DNA from: Paenibacillaceae bacterium
Lineage (GTDB): Bacteria > Bacillota > Bacilli > Paenibacillales > UBA4045
DNA: 64,000 nucleotides
Reading direction: 5' to 3'
Assembly: GCA_040904605.1 (NCBI GenBank)
Contig: JBBDTA010000137.1
Coordinates: 9,284-73,283 of the forward strand
Shown in pieces: positions 8,937 to 19,669 of the stretch. Every line of letters begins with the position of its first letter. Within the stretch, counting starts at the first letter, position 1. A program made the position numbers and the translations under genes. The notes under the pieces are model-generated. The model did not search any database. It was not told the origin of the DNA and worked only from the letters and a program-made list of their open reading frames with translations.

Positions 8937-9404
8937 ATGAACAAATTATATGAGGGCATGTTATTATCGGACAAATTAACTTATGGCATTGTTGTTGGGA
9001 GATTTAACGAATTTATCTCAGGCAAGCTATTATCAGGTGCGCTCGATGCACTCAAACGTCATGGCGTTCAAGAAAATGAGATCGATGTAGCTTGGGTACC
9101 AGGAGCTTTTGAGATATCCCTGATCGCACAGAAGATGGCTGAGAGTGGTAAGTATGATGCGGTTATTACGCTAGGTGCAGTTATTCGTGGGTCTACACCA
9201 CATTTTGAATATGTAAGCGGGGAAGTTGCAAAGGGTGTTGCGAGTGTATCATTAAAGACAGGAATTCCGGTCATATTCGGTGTATTAACAACCGATTCTA
9301 TTGAGCAAGCAATTGAGCGTGCGGGAACTAAGGCTGGGAACAAGGGATGGGAAGCAGCTACTACCGCGATTGAGATGGCCAACCTAGTGAAACAATTCCA
9401 ATAA
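8937..9404 (+). CDS. ribH: 6,7-dimethyl-8-ribityllumazine synthase
   Basis: 155 aa of the lumazine synthase family. It is the last gene of the rib operon. Confidence 0.95.
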   Translation: MNKLYEGMLLSDKLTYGIVVGRFNEFISGKLLSGALDALKRHGVQENEIDVAWVPGAFEISLIAQKMAESGKYDAVITLGAVIRGSTPHFEYVSGEVAKGVASVSLKTGIPVIFGVLTTDSIEQAIERAGTKAGNKGWEAATTAIEMANLVKQFQ

Positions 9405-9431
9405 TTTTAAACGATTGTTTGAGGGGTTAAC

Positions 9432-10211
9432 ATGAGTGTTCAATATAAATTGGAGGCTTTCGAGGGTCCACTCGACCTGCTCCTCCATCTGATCGATAAG
9501 AACGAGGTTGATATCTACAATATTCCTATCAGTGATATTACGAATCAATATATGTTATATCTGTCAACGATGGAAGATTTACAGATGGATATTACTAGTG
9601 ATTTTTTGGTTATGGCTGCTACGCTGTTGTCGATTAAGAGTAAGATGCTCTTACCCAAGCCTCCGGTCATTGATCTGGAAGGGCTTGAATTGGATGAGGA
9701 TATTGACCCTCGTATGGAGCTCGTACAGAAGCTACTCGAATATCGTAAGTTTAAGGGAATTGCAGAGCACCTCAGAGAGAAGGAAATTGGTCGCAGCTTA
9801 ATCTATATGCGTGAGCCTGAGGATTTAACACCATACTTGCCGAAGACCATAGTGAATCCGCTCATAGGCATCCATCTTGCTGATTTAATGTTCGCCTTTC
9901 AACGTGCTATTCAGCGGTCTGCCAACCGCAATCGTGTGACGAAAATTCATCGGGATGAAATTTCAGTGAAGGATCGTATCCGTCAGCTTGTCGATATGTT
10001 GGAGCAACAAGGTGGACAAGCCATGTTCTCGCGATTACTGGGTGATGAGATGACACGGGAAGATATTATAGTGACTTTCTTGGCTTTATTAGAATTGATC
10101 AAGATTAAGAAGGTTTCCTGTTATCAGCACAGTCTCTTCGATGAAATTGTGATCCGGTTAAGAGAGGAGGGGGAGCAGATTGGATTATTCGATCTTGAAA
10201 TCGATTATTGA
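9432..10211 (+). CDS. scpA: Segregation and condensation protein A
   Basis: 259 aa with the N-terminal FEGPLDLLLHLI motif. It is followed by scpB. Confidence 0.92.
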   Translation: MSVQYKLEAFEGPLDLLLHLIDKNEVDIYNIPISDITNQYMLYLSTMEDLQMDITSDFLVMAATLLSIKSKMLLPKPPVIDLEGLELDEDIDPRMELVQKLLEYRKFKGIAEHLREKEIGRSLIYMREPEDLTPYLPKTIVNPLIGIHLADLMFAFQRAIQRSANRNRVTKIHRDEISVKDRIRQLVDMLEQQGGQAMFSRLLGDEMTREDIIVTFLALLELIKIKKVSCYQHSLFDEIVIRLREEGEQIGLFDLEIDY

Positions 10212-10776
10212 GGGCTTGTTGTTCGTTGCTGGAGATGAAGGATTAGAGGCTGTGCATATCGCTGAGGTTGTCGAGCAAGAAACTAGGATGGTTAAGGATA
10301 TCATCAAGGATTTGCAGAGTGATTATGTGACTCAAGGTAGAGGTATGCAAATTCTCGAAACTGCCGGAGCGTTTAGACTGGCCTCGTTACCAGATCATGC
10401 TATCTATTTCGAACGATTAGCAGCTTCCCCGACTCGGTCCGGACTTTCTCAAGCTGCACTAGAAACACTAGCAATTATCGTATATAAACAGCCGCTTACT
10501 CGGATCGATATTGAAGAAATTCGTGGTGTGAAGACGGATCGTGCCTTGCAATCCCTGATCTCCAAACAGCTGATTCGCGAGGTAGGTCGGGCTGAAGCGG
10601 TTGGTCGTCCGATCCTCTATGGAACAACAAAGCCTTTCCTCGATTATTTCGGTTTGAATAGTCTGAAGGATTTACCAGCAACGACTTCATTCGAGATTGA
10701 ATATAATCTGGAAGAGGAGACCAGATTACTGTTCGAGAAGCTAGAGGGAAGACAGCTTACTATTGATGATGTGTGA
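10180..10776 (+). CDS. scpB: Segregation and condensation protein B
   Basis: 198 aa with the IEGLLFVAG motif and a TTG start after a GGAGGGGGAG SD. It overlaps the scpA end. Confidence 0.9.
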   Translation: MDYSILKSIIEGLLFVAGDEGLEAVHIAEVVEQETRMVKDIIKDLQSDYVTQGRGMQILETAGAFRLASLPDHAIYFERLAASPTRSGLSQAALETLAIIVYKQPLTRIDIEEIRGVKTDRALQSLISKQLIREVGRAEAVGRPILYGTTKPFLDYFGLNSLKDLPATTSFEIEYNLEEETRLLFEKLEGRQLTIDDV

Positions 10777-10803
10777 ATAGACCTATCTTATTAAGGAAAC
10801 GAT

Positions 10804-10850
10804 AAACTAGAGACGTTAGGGATTCCAACTCTGCTCTGGTTTATTTTTTT
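10804..10850 (+). terminator. Possible intrinsic terminator after scpB
   Basis: An imperfect hairpin (AAACTAGAG ... CTCTGGTTT) is followed by ATTTTTTT. Confidence 0.4.
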
Positions 10851-10867
10851 GTCTGGAGGTCAATAAG

Positions 10868-11545
10868 ATGACTTTGGTGTGGATTATATTAGTGGTTATG
10901 GTCGTTATAATTGTTATTGCTCTGTTCGGTAAGGTTCGTGCTCATATTGTTTATACGCGTGAGGCAGATGACGACGACCAATTCTATGTTCAGATCAGAG
11001 CTCTGTTCGGTGCATTACGCTACCGATATTCTTTGCCTATTATTAATTTTGAAGGAATGAAGCGAGGGGTTTCCCTCCAAAGAGAGAAGACTACGAATAC
11101 CCCTATGCCCGATACCAAAGATCAAACAACTGTTAATCGGAAGGACATCGTATATAGGTTTGAACAATCTAAAGAGCTCATAAGTCATGTATTAGGCTTT
11201 CATCGTTGGTTAATGAGTACACTGAAACGCACACATTGTAGTCAGATTAGTTGGATTACGAAAGTTGGGTTGGATGATGCTGCTGAAACCGCGATTGCCA
11301 CAGGAATGATCTGGGGCCTAAAAACCTCAATCTTAGGCGTATTATTCAATCATATTCAGCTTGAAGCTCAGCCGCAATTAGCAGTTGTCCCACATTTCAA
11401 TCAACCGCAGTTCAAAACATCCTTCGATTGCATAATTATGATTCGTTTAGGTTATGCTATGCTTGCTGGACTGCACTTGTTGGTTCGCATTTATAAGGTG
11501 AAAGGAGGAATCAGAACATGGCAGAACATCCTATCCAAGGCCTAA
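10868..11545 (+). CDS. ytfI: DUF2953/YtfI-like sporulation membrane protein
   Basis: 225 aa with an N-terminal TM segment. It is paired with a downstream ytfJ-like gene. The name comes from remembered family resemblance and context. Confidence 0.55.
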   Translation: MTLVWIILVVMVVIIVIALFGKVRAHIVYTREADDDDQFYVQIRALFGALRYRYSLPIINFEGMKRGVSLQREKTTNTPMPDTKDQTTVNRKDIVYRFEQSKELISHVLGFHRWLMSTLKRTHCSQISWITKVGLDDAAETAIATGMIWGLKTSILGVLFNHIQLEAQPQLAVVPHFNQPQFKTSFDCIIMIRLGYAMLAGLHLLVRIYKVKGGIRTWQNILSKA

Positions 11546-11991
11546 TGCAAACCGCAATGGAGAACATCAAGGAAATGGTTGATGTTAATACCATCGTTGG
11601 CGACCCAGTTGAGACCCCAGACGGTAGTATAATACTACCCATATCCAAGGTCGGATTTGGGTTTGCGGCAGGCGGTAGTGAATTTAAGATTAATAAAGAT
11701 TCAGGCAGCAATGGAGCAGGTAAATCTCAAGGTGACACAGCCAGTGTAGCTTTGCCGTTTGGCGGTGGTAGTGGAGGCGGGGTATCCATTACACCAATCG
11801 CATTTCTTGTTGTTGGTATGAATGGCGTCAAAGTCGTGCCTTTGGACAATAATACACATCTTTATGAACGAATTATTGATCTTGCTCCCCAGGTTGTAGA
11901 GAAAATACAGAGCATGGTAAATGGAGGTCAAGCACAATCCAATTCCATGACAACAGCAGCGAGCATGGGTATCACTACTCCCCCTTCCTAA
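11518..11991 (+). CDS. ytfJ: GerW/YtfJ-family sporulation protein
   Basis: 157 aa containing the motif VGDPVETPDGSIILPISKVGFGFAAGG, typical of YtfJ. Confidence 0.75.
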   Translation: MAEHPIQGLMQTAMENIKEMVDVNTIVGDPVETPDGSIILPISKVGFGFAAGGSEFKINKDSGSNGAGKSQGDTASVALPFGGGSGGGVSITPIAFLVVGMNGVKVVPLDNNTHLYERIIDLAPQVVEKIQSMVNGGQAQSNSMTTAASMGITTPPS

Positions 11992-12045
11992 GGACAGATG
12001 TCGTGACCAATCAGTCTGTTTGACACAGTTAGTTAGACCTAGTGA

Positions 12046-12077
12046 CCTAGTGGAGAACTTCTCCCACTAGGTTTTTT
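12046..12077 (+). terminator. Intrinsic terminator after ytfJ
   Basis: The CCTAGTGGAG...CTCCCACTAGG stem is followed by TTTTTT. Confidence 0.7.
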
Positions 12078-12159
12078 CATGTATATCCATTAAGGATAAG
12101 CATATATATGGATAAGGGGACAGGCGTAGCGCAGTCATCAAAAACTTTCAGGAGGAACA

Positions 12160-13347
12160 ATGGTGAAATTTCGAATGATTATGATTGTAGGCTTAATCGG
12201 AATGGTATTCATCCTCATATTTCCTCTGAGTGCCATCGCAGCAGCTCCATCGGTTTCCACAGATGCAGAGGCCGCAGCTCTGATCGATGTAAGCTCAGGT
12301 CGGATTCTATATAGCAATAACGGAGATAAGCGTTTACGAATCGCGAGCCTCACGAAGATTATGACGGCAATCGTGGCGATTGAAGCGGGTTCGCTATCGG
12401 ATAAGGTCAAGGTTAGCTTGAAGGCTTATGGCGTTGAAGGTTCTTCTATCTACTTGCGACTAGGAGAGGAAATGAATCTGCACCATATGTTATATGGGCT
12501 AATGCTACGTTCTGGGAACGATGCAGCTACAGCGATAGCAGAGCATGTTGGCGGCTCTCTGGAGGGTTTTGTCATGATGATGAATGAGAAAGCTGAGCAG
12601 CTTGGAATGTCACACACTCATTATGAGAATCCTCATGGTCTTGATACCAAGGTCAAGGGTACGGAACAATACTCTAGCGCGAATGATATGGCGATACTGA
12701 CAGCTTATGCTCTGCAGAATCCCATCTTCCGGGATATTGTGAAAACTCCTTCAATTACAGTTCCTAATTCTTATGAGAAATGGGACCATCGTTGGCGCAA
12801 CAAGAATAAGATGCTGCATCTGTACGAGGGGGCAGATGGAGTAAAGACAGGCTTTACGAAATTATCCAATAGAACGCTAGTTTCTTCAGCCACACGTGGC
12901 GGTCAGCAATTGGCAGCAGTCACCTTGAATGATGGCAATGATTGGGCAGACCATGCCAAATTGTTAGATTACGGGTTTAAGAATTATCCTCTCCAAGTTA
13001 TTCAACCGAGTGGACGACCATTAAAAGGGACTACGTTTGTTAGTCCTATTGCTTTCTCATATCCGTTAAGTGAGGATGAGCGGCTAACTGTTGATGTGAA
13101 ATTTATTCAGCAGAATTCACTGTCGGGCAGGTTAGGAATACGAGCGACTGCCTATTATCACTTGGGAGATACATTGATCGGCAAGCAGCTTTTCTATAAT
13201 GAGAATGATCCTATTATTAAGAAAATAATGAGTAGTAAAGTCCGTACCATACTTCAAGTTTCCCGAGATGATGTTCTTATCCGTGATGATGCATTCACTA
13301 TAATGAAACGTTTATTTAGAGCTCTGTTCACGACGGCTGATCAATAG
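12160..13347 (+). CDS. dacB: D-alanyl-D-alanine carboxypeptidase (sporulation PBP5*-like)
   Basis: Signal peptide plus SLTK (SxxK), SGN and KTG motifs. It is followed by spmA-spmB, as in the B. subtilis dacB operon. GTG 12163 is an alternative start. Confidence 0.9.
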   Translation: MVKFRMIMIVGLIGMVFILIFPLSAIAAAPSVSTDAEAAALIDVSSGRILYSNNGDKRLRIASLTKIMTAIVAIEAGSLSDKVKVSLKAYGVEGSSIYLRLGEEMNLHHMLYGLMLRSGNDAATAIAEHVGGSLEGFVMMMNEKAEQLGMSHTHYENPHGLDTKVKGTEQYSSANDMAILTAYALQNPIFRDIVKTPSITVPNSYEKWDHRWRNKNKMLHLYEGADGVKTGFTKLSNRTLVSSATRGGQQLAAVTLNDGNDWADHAKLLDYGFKNYPLQVIQPSGRPLKGTTFVSPIAFSYPLSEDERLTVDVKFIQQNSLSGRLGIRATAYYHLGDTLIGKQLFYNENDPIIKKIMSSKVRTILQVSRDDVLIRDDAFTIMKRLFRALFTTADQ

Positions 13348-13365
13348 AAAAAAAGAGGTGCCCAA

Positions 13366-13998
13366 ATGGTGAACTGGATATGGCTTTTTTTTATCACAAT
13401 TGGTTTTCTGTTTGCGGCTGTGAATGGCAGGATTGATCTCGTAACGGAGGCTTTATTCGAAGGTGCTAAATCTGGCGTTACGGTTTGTTTTGGCTTGATT
13501 AGTATTCTGGTATTCTGGTTAGGTATTATGCGAATAGCTGAACAATCTGGTCTATTGGATAAGCTTGCTGTCTTACTACGACCAATAGTGAGCTTCTTAT
13601 TCCCCGATGTGCCGAAGGATCACCCTGCGATAGGCTATATTCTATCTAATATGAGCGCGAACATTCTTGGTCTGGGTAATGCTGCTACACCTATGGGGAT
13701 TAAAGCGATGCAGGAGCTTCAGAAGCTCAATCCCGACCCCAAATCAGCCACACCAGCGATGTGTACACTTCTTGCTATTAACACCTCAAGTATTACCCTT
13801 ATTCCCACTACAATCATAGCCATTCGGATGAGCTACGGATCCGCGAATCCAACAGAAATTATAGGTACCACCTTGCTCGCTACTATGGTCGCGACGATAG
13901 CAGCCATCGCTGCTGACCGTTGGTATCGCTCCAAAGAATTGAGAAATCGGCGTTATAAAGCTCCTATTCGAAAGCGTGAGGAGAATAAAAGTGCTTAA
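13366..13998 (+). CDS. spmA: Spore maturation protein A
   Basis: A 210-aa polytopic membrane protein in the conserved position after dacB. Confidence 0.85.
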   Translation: MVNWIWLFFITIGFLFAAVNGRIDLVTEALFEGAKSGVTVCFGLISILVFWLGIMRIAEQSGLLDKLAVLLRPIVSFLFPDVPKDHPAIGYILSNMSANILGLGNAATPMGIKAMQELQKLNPDPKSATPAMCTLLAINTSSITLIPTTIIAIRMSYGSANPTEIIGTTLLATMVATIAAIAADRWYRSKELRNRRYKAPIRKREENKSA

Positions 13999-14521
13999 TT
14001 TCGTTAACACCATCTCTGCATGGGCAATTCCCATCTTTATTGTACTCATCCCTTTATATGCCGCTTATCGTAGAGTACCCGTTTATGAATCCTTCGTAGA
14101 TGGGGCTAAGGATGGGTTTGATACTGCGGTTAAGATCATTCCCCATTTGGTCGGCATGATGGCATCGATTAGCATCTTCCGGGCGTCGGGCGCGCTAGAC
14201 GCTATGATCGGATTAATTCGCCCCCTATTCGAGCGATTCGGTGTTCCAGGGGAAGTGCTGCCCTTGGCATTATTACGACCGATTACCGGTGCTGGATCGT
14301 TAGCTTTCACTGCCGATTTGATGCAGCACTTTGGACCCGATTCTTTGATTGGGCGCATGGCTTCTACCGTTCAGGGAAGCACGGATACTACCTTGTATGT
14401 GTTAGTTGTTTATTTTGGCGCTGTAGGCATTCATAGAACCAAATACGCTCTAAAAGTAGGCTTATTCTCGGATATGGTTGGATTTATTGCAGCTATCGTT
14501 ATCTGTCTGCTTGTATTCTGA
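13991..14521 (+). CDS. spmB: Spore maturation protein B
   Basis: A membrane protein. GTG 13991 lies 7 nt after SD GAGGAG. The track's start at 13976 has no SD. Confidence 0.85.
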   Translation: MLNFVNTISAWAIPIFIVLIPLYAAYRRVPVYESFVDGAKDGFDTAVKIIPHLVGMMASISIFRASGALDAMIGLIRPLFERFGVPGEVLPLALLRPITGAGSLAFTADLMQHFGPDSLIGRMASTVQGSTDTTLYVLVVYFGAVGIHRTKYALKVGLFSDMVGFIAAIVICLLVF

Positions 14522-14583
14522 AATTACCTAGCTTGTGATTTCCTGTAGAGACGGGTATCATATGTTTGAGGTGGTTTTTACCA

Positions 14584-15318
14584 ATGGAACGATTACAAAA
14601 AGTACTGGCTCAAGCCGGTGTAGGCTCACGCCGCAAATGTGAAGAAATTATCCAAGCAGGTCGAGTGGCAGTGAATGGTGAACGTGTAACTGAGCTTGGT
14701 GTTAAGGTGAGTCCAACAGACTTAATCGCGGTTGATGGTCGAGCAATCAAGACCGAGAGTAAGGTTTACCTGGCTTTCCATAAGCCCAAGGGAGTTATTA
14801 CGAGTGCCAATGATCCTGAAGGCCGAAGAACGGTTATGGACTACATCAAAGATGTACCTGAGCGATTATATCCAGTAGGACGTTTGGATTATGATACGGA
14901 AGGCTTGCTGATATTAACGAATGATGGCGAATTTGCTAATCGTTTAACACATCCTAAATTTCACGTTCCCAAAACATATCACGCAACCGTGAATGGCGTT
15001 CCCCACGGTTCGCTTCTTGAGAAGCTGGCACAAGGTGTCATGCTAGAAGATGGGATTACTGCACCTGCAGAAGTAGATTATTATGATATTGGTGACGATC
15101 AGAAGCAATCGGTTATCTCGATAACGATCCATGAGGGTCGTAACCGTCAAGTACGGAGAATGTTCGATTCAATTAATTATCCAGTGGTTCGTCTGAGGAG
15201 GGTGCAATTTGGGCCCTTATTCCTACAAGGACTACCGCGAGGTAAATCTCGCCCTCTGACAGCAGAAGAGATCAAAGAATTGATGGATACCGGTTATTCT
15301 TCTCCAAAAGACACATAA
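14584..15318 (+). CDS. rluB: 23S rRNA pseudouridine synthase B
   Basis: S4 domain plus the VGRLDYDTEGLLILTNDG catalytic motif. ATG 14584 follows SD GAGGTGG. Confidence 0.9.
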   Translation: MERLQKVLAQAGVGSRRKCEEIIQAGRVAVNGERVTELGVKVSPTDLIAVDGRAIKTESKVYLAFHKPKGVITSANDPEGRRTVMDYIKDVPERLYPVGRLDYDTEGLLILTNDGEFANRLTHPKFHVPKTYHATVNGVPHGSLLEKLAQGVMLEDGITAPAEVDYYDIGDDQKQSVISITIHEGRNRQVRRMFDSINYPVVRLRRVQFGPLFLQGLPRGKSRPLTAEEIKELMDTGYSSPKDT

Positions 15319-15334
15319 TTTTCAATATACGATG

Positions 15335-15363
15335 TTTGGATCATAAGGGTAATCATTTATAAT
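15335..15363 (+). promoter_or_regulatory. Putative sigma-A promoter of the res operon
   Basis: TTTGGA, 17-nt spacer, TATAAT (15358-15363). Confidence 0.4.
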
Positions 15364-15413
15364 GAAAGCAAGTGAGGGTTATCACAACCCTACAATTGTT
15401 ATTTGCGGGATAG

Positions 15414-15944
15414 GTGATGGCTTTGAGAAGATACAGAAGATGGGTGCAAGCGTTCGTACTTATTGCAATCTTCGCTGTTGGCGGCTTTACGCTTGCTGAT
15501 AATCTCTTTAGTGAGGATACGATTCCCCAAGAAGGCTCTAAGGCCCCTGAATTTACTCTGCCCGGAATAGATGGTCAAGAGTATCAATTGTCAGATTATA
15601 AAGGGAAAGTTGTTGTGCTTAATTTCTGGGGGACCTATTGTCCGCCGTGTGTAGAAGAGATGCCGCTTATTCAGAATTATTATGAGAAGTATGCGGATAA
15701 GAATGTGGAGATTCTCGCCATTAACGAGAATGATCCTTTAGTTAGTGTGAAGGCATTCATTCGTCAATATAAGCTCACACTACCAATCCTGCTTGACAAG
15801 GATGTTGTTCGAAGAGAATATGGTGTAATGAACTATCCAACGACGGTATTCATAAACGAGAACGGGAAGATCGAAATGATATTTGAAGGTGCCATGGATG
15901 AAGCTTTCTTATCCTCTACATTGGCTGCTATGACGACAAGATAA
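15414..15944 (+). CDS. resA: Thiol-disulfide oxidoreductase for cytochrome c maturation
   Basis: 176 aa with a signal anchor and a thioredoxin fold carrying CPPC. It is followed by resBC. Confidence 0.9.
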   Translation: MMALRRYRRWVQAFVLIAIFAVGGFTLADNLFSEDTIPQEGSKAPEFTLPGIDGQEYQLSDYKGKVVVLNFWGTYCPPCVEEMPLIQNYYEKYADKNVEILAINENDPLVSVKAFIRQYKLTLPILLDKDVVRREYGVMNYPTTVFINENGKIEMIFEGAMDEAFLSSTLAAMTTR

Positions 15945-15969
15945 AGCCTTTAATGGAGGTAGACAAGCC

Positions 15970-17634
15970 TTGCTGCACAATACTAAATGTGAATGCGGAC
16001 ATCAGAACCCAGTCGGAACGGTGTTGTGTGAGTCCTGCGGAAAACCGTTAGATGACGAATTTGGCACTGCACCGCTCGAGATGAGATACGACGGAATCGC
16101 ACGCCGTTCACAACGGGAGAATCCGGCGCTGATTGATCGCGTCTGGCGCTTTTTCTCTTCTGTGAAAGTGGCGATTATTCTCATATTCATAACCTTATGT
16201 GCATCCATAGTTGGAACCATATATCCACAAGAGAATACATTCCTTAATGTAGATCCTTCCGTGTATTACGAGACTACTTATGGTTTCACAGGGCAAATTT
16301 ATTATTTGCTGGGTTTATCGAATACGTATAGTTCTTGGTGGTACAAGCTCTTGCTCATTATGATTGGTGCTTCATTAATCATCTGCAGCCTTGATCGAGT
16401 CCTGCCTCTTTACCGTGCGTTGAATAAACAACAAATACGGAAGCATATGAGCTTTCTGATCAGACAACGAGTGGTCTATCAAGGGGTACTGCCATCAACC
16501 CGTGTTTCGGCAGTTTCATTCATCAATGATCTAGTTCCCGTATTGAAGAGAAGAGGATATCGAGTTCACACAGATGGCACTGCTCTGTTAGCTGAGAAGC
16601 ATCGATTTAGCCGCTGGGGGCCGTATATTAACCATATTGGTCTTATTATTTTCTTGCTAGCCGTACTAATGAGAGGCTTGCCAGGCTGGTATATGGATCA
16701 GTACACGGGATTTCTGGAAGGCGTGCCTGTTCAGATTGAGAACACTCCTTATTATTTGGAGAACGAACAATTTACAGTAGAATATTACAAAGAGGAGGAA
16801 CTGCCATCCGAGTTTCGCGGACAAGGTCGAGCGGTTCCCAAGCTATTCGAAACAAGAGCTATTCTCTATGAATGCTTAGCGGATTGCTCGAGCACTGACC
16901 CGGTGCTGATGCAAGTCCACCAACAGAATATCGAAGTGAATAAGCCGTTAAAATATAAAGATTTGCTAGCGTATCAATTCGATTTTCGTGAAACCATACA
17001 GATTCGAACGGTTAATGTATCGATTACCAACAAGAAGAGCAATGAATCCTTTGGGCCTTTCGAGCTTAATACAATTTCACCCAAAGAAACCTATGTAGTC
17101 GATCCTTATGTACTGACTCTGAAGGATTACTATCCCGAATTTGCTCTGAACGATAAGGGGATGCCCTTCACGAACTCTAAATCTCCGCTTGCCCCTGCTT
17201 TTATCTTCTTAATACAAGGACCTGACCTAGCAGAGGAAGGCGAGGTATTCATTTATTTCCCTAGAAATGTGGATAAGCAACGCTTTAGTCAAGATAAGCT
17301 GAATGAAGCTGTTGTTAACAAGATTGATATCGGAGTAAGTTCGATGGAAGATGTAGGCATATCACAATTCACTAGCTTTCTTAATATAAGAATGGATCGT
17401 GCCTTACCTTATATCTTCGCGGGTGGTATGATCTTCATGATTGGTGTTATCATGGGCATCTACTGGCAGCATCGTCGAATATGGATACGAATTGATCATG
17501 AGAATGAAATTACAATCGGCGCCCATACGAGCAAAAATTGGTTTGGTATCCGTAAAGAATTATCTGTCGTACTTGGGAAAGCAGGAATTGTTGTAGAGCC
17601 GAAACAATTAGAGAATGGGGTGAAGCAATCATGA
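15970..17634 (+). CDS. resB: Cytochrome c biogenesis protein ResB/Ccs1
   Basis: 554 aa of the ResB family with a TTG start after GGAGGT. It has an N-terminal CxC...CxxC zinc-ribbon-like segment. Confidence 0.9.
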   Translation: MLHNTKCECGHQNPVGTVLCESCGKPLDDEFGTAPLEMRYDGIARRSQRENPALIDRVWRFFSSVKVAIILIFITLCASIVGTIYPQENTFLNVDPSVYYETTYGFTGQIYYLLGLSNTYSSWWYKLLLIMIGASLIICSLDRVLPLYRALNKQQIRKHMSFLIRQRVVYQGVLPSTRVSAVSFINDLVPVLKRRGYRVHTDGTALLAEKHRFSRWGPYINHIGLIIFLLAVLMRGLPGWYMDQYTGFLEGVPVQIENTPYYLENEQFTVEYYKEEELPSEFRGQGRAVPKLFETRAILYECLADCSSTDPVLMQVHQQNIEVNKPLKYKDLLAYQFDFRETIQIRTVNVSITNKKSNESFGPFELNTISPKETYVVDPYVLTLKDYYPEFALNDKGMPFTNSKSPLAPAFIFLIQGPDLAEEGEVFIYFPRNVDKQRFSQDKLNEAVVNKIDIGVSSMEDVGISQFTSFLNIRMDRALPYIFAGGMIFMIGVIMGIYWQHRRIWIRIDHENEITIGAHTSKNWFGIRKELSVVLGKAGIVVEPKQLENGVKQS

Positions 17635-18893
17635 ATTTAGAACAATGGAGTGAGAATGCTCTTCTAGTTGCATTCATCTTGTATAATATTTCGTTTATCT
17701 TATATGTGATTGCTATCGCAGGCAAGAAGTGGAGCAATCGCGATCCGATTGTACATCTGCGTCGATGGAGTCGAATCGCTATCACGTTGACGGCTATTGG
17801 CTTGGTATCACAAATCACTTATTTTATCACCAGATGGTTTGCAGCAGGACATGTTCCCACATCCAACATGTTCGAATTCATGACCTTCTTGTCAATGGCT
17901 ATCGTGGCGGCTTTTCTTGTGCTCTTCGCGATTTACCATATCTCAGCGTTGGGATTGTTCGCAATGCCTGTAAGTATTGTACTGATCGCTTACGCTGCTG
18001 TATTCCCTAAAGAAGTTCAACCGCTCATTCCGGCTCTGCAAAGCTACTGGCTCTATATTCATGTGACGACAGCAGCGCTAGGAGAAGCCTTCTTCGCCGT
18101 TGGCTTTGCGGCTGGACTTATGTACTTATTAAGTACAATAGATTACAGCTCCACAGCCAAAGAATCTCGTAAAGCCCGCCTAGGAATCGAAATCACCATT
18201 TATTCCATTATAGTTGTCATTGGTTTCGTTCTAGTAACGAATGGATTTAAGTCAACGGATTATGCTGCACAATTCACACAAGAGCTGCAGCAGAAGGATG
18301 AGCAGAGTGGAGAATTAGTGACTGTTACGAAGACAACAGACTATAAGCTGCCACCTTTCATAAAGCCTGCTAACAGTACTGTTGAGCGAATGGACCCTTT
18401 CTTAGGCATGGAGCAGCCGCTCATATCTGCGCCATCTTGGATGAAAGGTATGGATTCTGGAAGAAAGCTGAATACTATCCTCTGGTCGCTAATAGTGGGA
18501 TTGATCCTCTACTGGCTGGTGCGATTAATTGTCCGTAAGCCGCTGGGAGCTGGGCTTCAGAAGATAATGGGAGGTATTGATGCTGAGGATTTAGACGAAA
18601 TTAGCTATCGAGCCATTGCCATCGGTTATCCGATTTTCGCTCTAGGGGCACTAATCTTCGCGATGATCTGGGCGCATGAAGCATGGGGGAGATTCTGGGG
18701 CTGGGATCCTAAGGAGACTTGGGCTCTGATTACATTCCTCTTCTACACCGTATATCTTCATTTGCGACTATCACGTGGCTGGCAAGGTAGTAAATCTTCA
18801 TGGCTTTCGGTATTGGGCTTCCTAGTTGTTATGTTCACCCTCATTGGTGTTAATTTAGTTATTGCTGGCTTACACTCTTATGCAGGTGTGTAA
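17631..18893 (+). CDS. resC: Cytochrome c biogenesis protein ResC/CcsA
   Basis: 420 aa, polytopic, with the WGRFWGWDPKETW heme-handling motif. Confidence 0.92.
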   Translation: MNLEQWSENALLVAFILYNISFILYVIAIAGKKWSNRDPIVHLRRWSRIAITLTAIGLVSQITYFITRWFAAGHVPTSNMFEFMTFLSMAIVAAFLVLFAIYHISALGLFAMPVSIVLIAYAAVFPKEVQPLIPALQSYWLYIHVTTAALGEAFFAVGFAAGLMYLLSTIDYSSTAKESRKARLGIEITIYSIIVVIGFVLVTNGFKSTDYAAQFTQELQQKDEQSGELVTVTKTTDYKLPPFIKPANSTVERMDPFLGMEQPLISAPSWMKGMDSGRKLNTILWSLIVGLILYWLVRLIVRKPLGAGLQKIMGGIDAEDLDEISYRAIAIGYPIFALGALIFAMIWAHEAWGRFWGWDPKETWALITFLFYTVYLHLRLSRGWQGSKSSWLSVLGFLVVMFTLIGVNLVIAGLHSYAGV

Positions 18894-18949
18894 AGATGCA
18901 GCCGTTCATAGAAGTATAGAATGAGAATTACGTAGAGGAGAGATTCCTG

Positions 18950-19669
18950 ATGGAAGATATATCTAAGAAAATTCTAGTTGTGGACGATGAAGATCGCATT
19001 CGTAGACTTCTACGTATGTATTTAGAAAAGGAAGGCTATGAGATTGATGAAGCGGAGGATGGCGAAACTGCGCTTACAATGGCAACTGATAACGACTACG
19101 CTTTAGTCCTGCTCGATGTAATGCTTCCAGGAATAGATGGGACTGAGGTTTGCGCTAGGTTACGCGCAGAGAAGTCGACCCCTGTTATCATGCTCACAGC
19201 CAAAGGGGAGGAAACGAACCGTGTGCAAGGCTTTGAAGCTGGAGCCGATGATTACGTCGTGAAGCCCTTCAGTCCACGAGAGGTCATCTACCGGGTCAAA
19301 GCTATATTAAGACGTGCTTCCGCCACAGCTTTCCTGTCCAAGGCAACAACAGGCAGCGGGAATGACATTGTATTCCCCAATCTGATGATTGAGCATGATG
19401 CTCATCGTGTATCCGCAGGGGGGCATGAGGTTGGTCTTACTCCTAAAGAATATGAGCTTCTACACTATTTAGCCGTATCACCCGATAAGGTTTTCTCAAG
19501 AGAGCAGCTGTTAAAGGATGTTTGGAATTACGAATTTTTCGGTGATTTACGTACGGTGGATACACATGTAAAGCGACTACGTGAGAAGCTGAATAAAGTA
19601 TCTCCTGAGGCAGCAACCATGATTACCACGGTGTGGGGTGTTGGTTATAAGCTAGAGGTGGCGAAGTAA
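18950..19669 (+). CDS. resD: OmpR-family response regulator
   Basis: Receiver domain plus winged-helix output domain, in the position after resC. Confidence 0.9.
   Translation: MEDISKKILVVDDEDRIRRLLRMYLEKEGYEIDEAEDGETALTMATDNDYALVLLDVMLPGIDGTEVCARLRAEKSTPVIMLTAKGEETNRVQGFEAGADDYVVKPFSPREVIYRVKAILRRASATAFLSKATTGSGNDIVFPNLMIEHDAHRVSAGGHEVGLTPKEYELLHYLAVSPDKVFSREQLLKDVWNYEFFGDLRTVDTHVKRLREKLNKVSPEAATMITTVWGVGYKLEVAK

Noticed and set aside
12037-12053. Tandem ACCTAGTG ACCTAGTG repeat
   Set aside because: The second copy is simply the 5' arm of the ytfJ terminator. The repeat is too short to interpret further.
15970-16080. Zinc-ribbon-like CxC...CxxC N-terminus of ResB as a novelty
   Set aside because: From memory, Bacillus ResB proteins carry the same N-terminal Cys motif, so this is probably a normal family feature.
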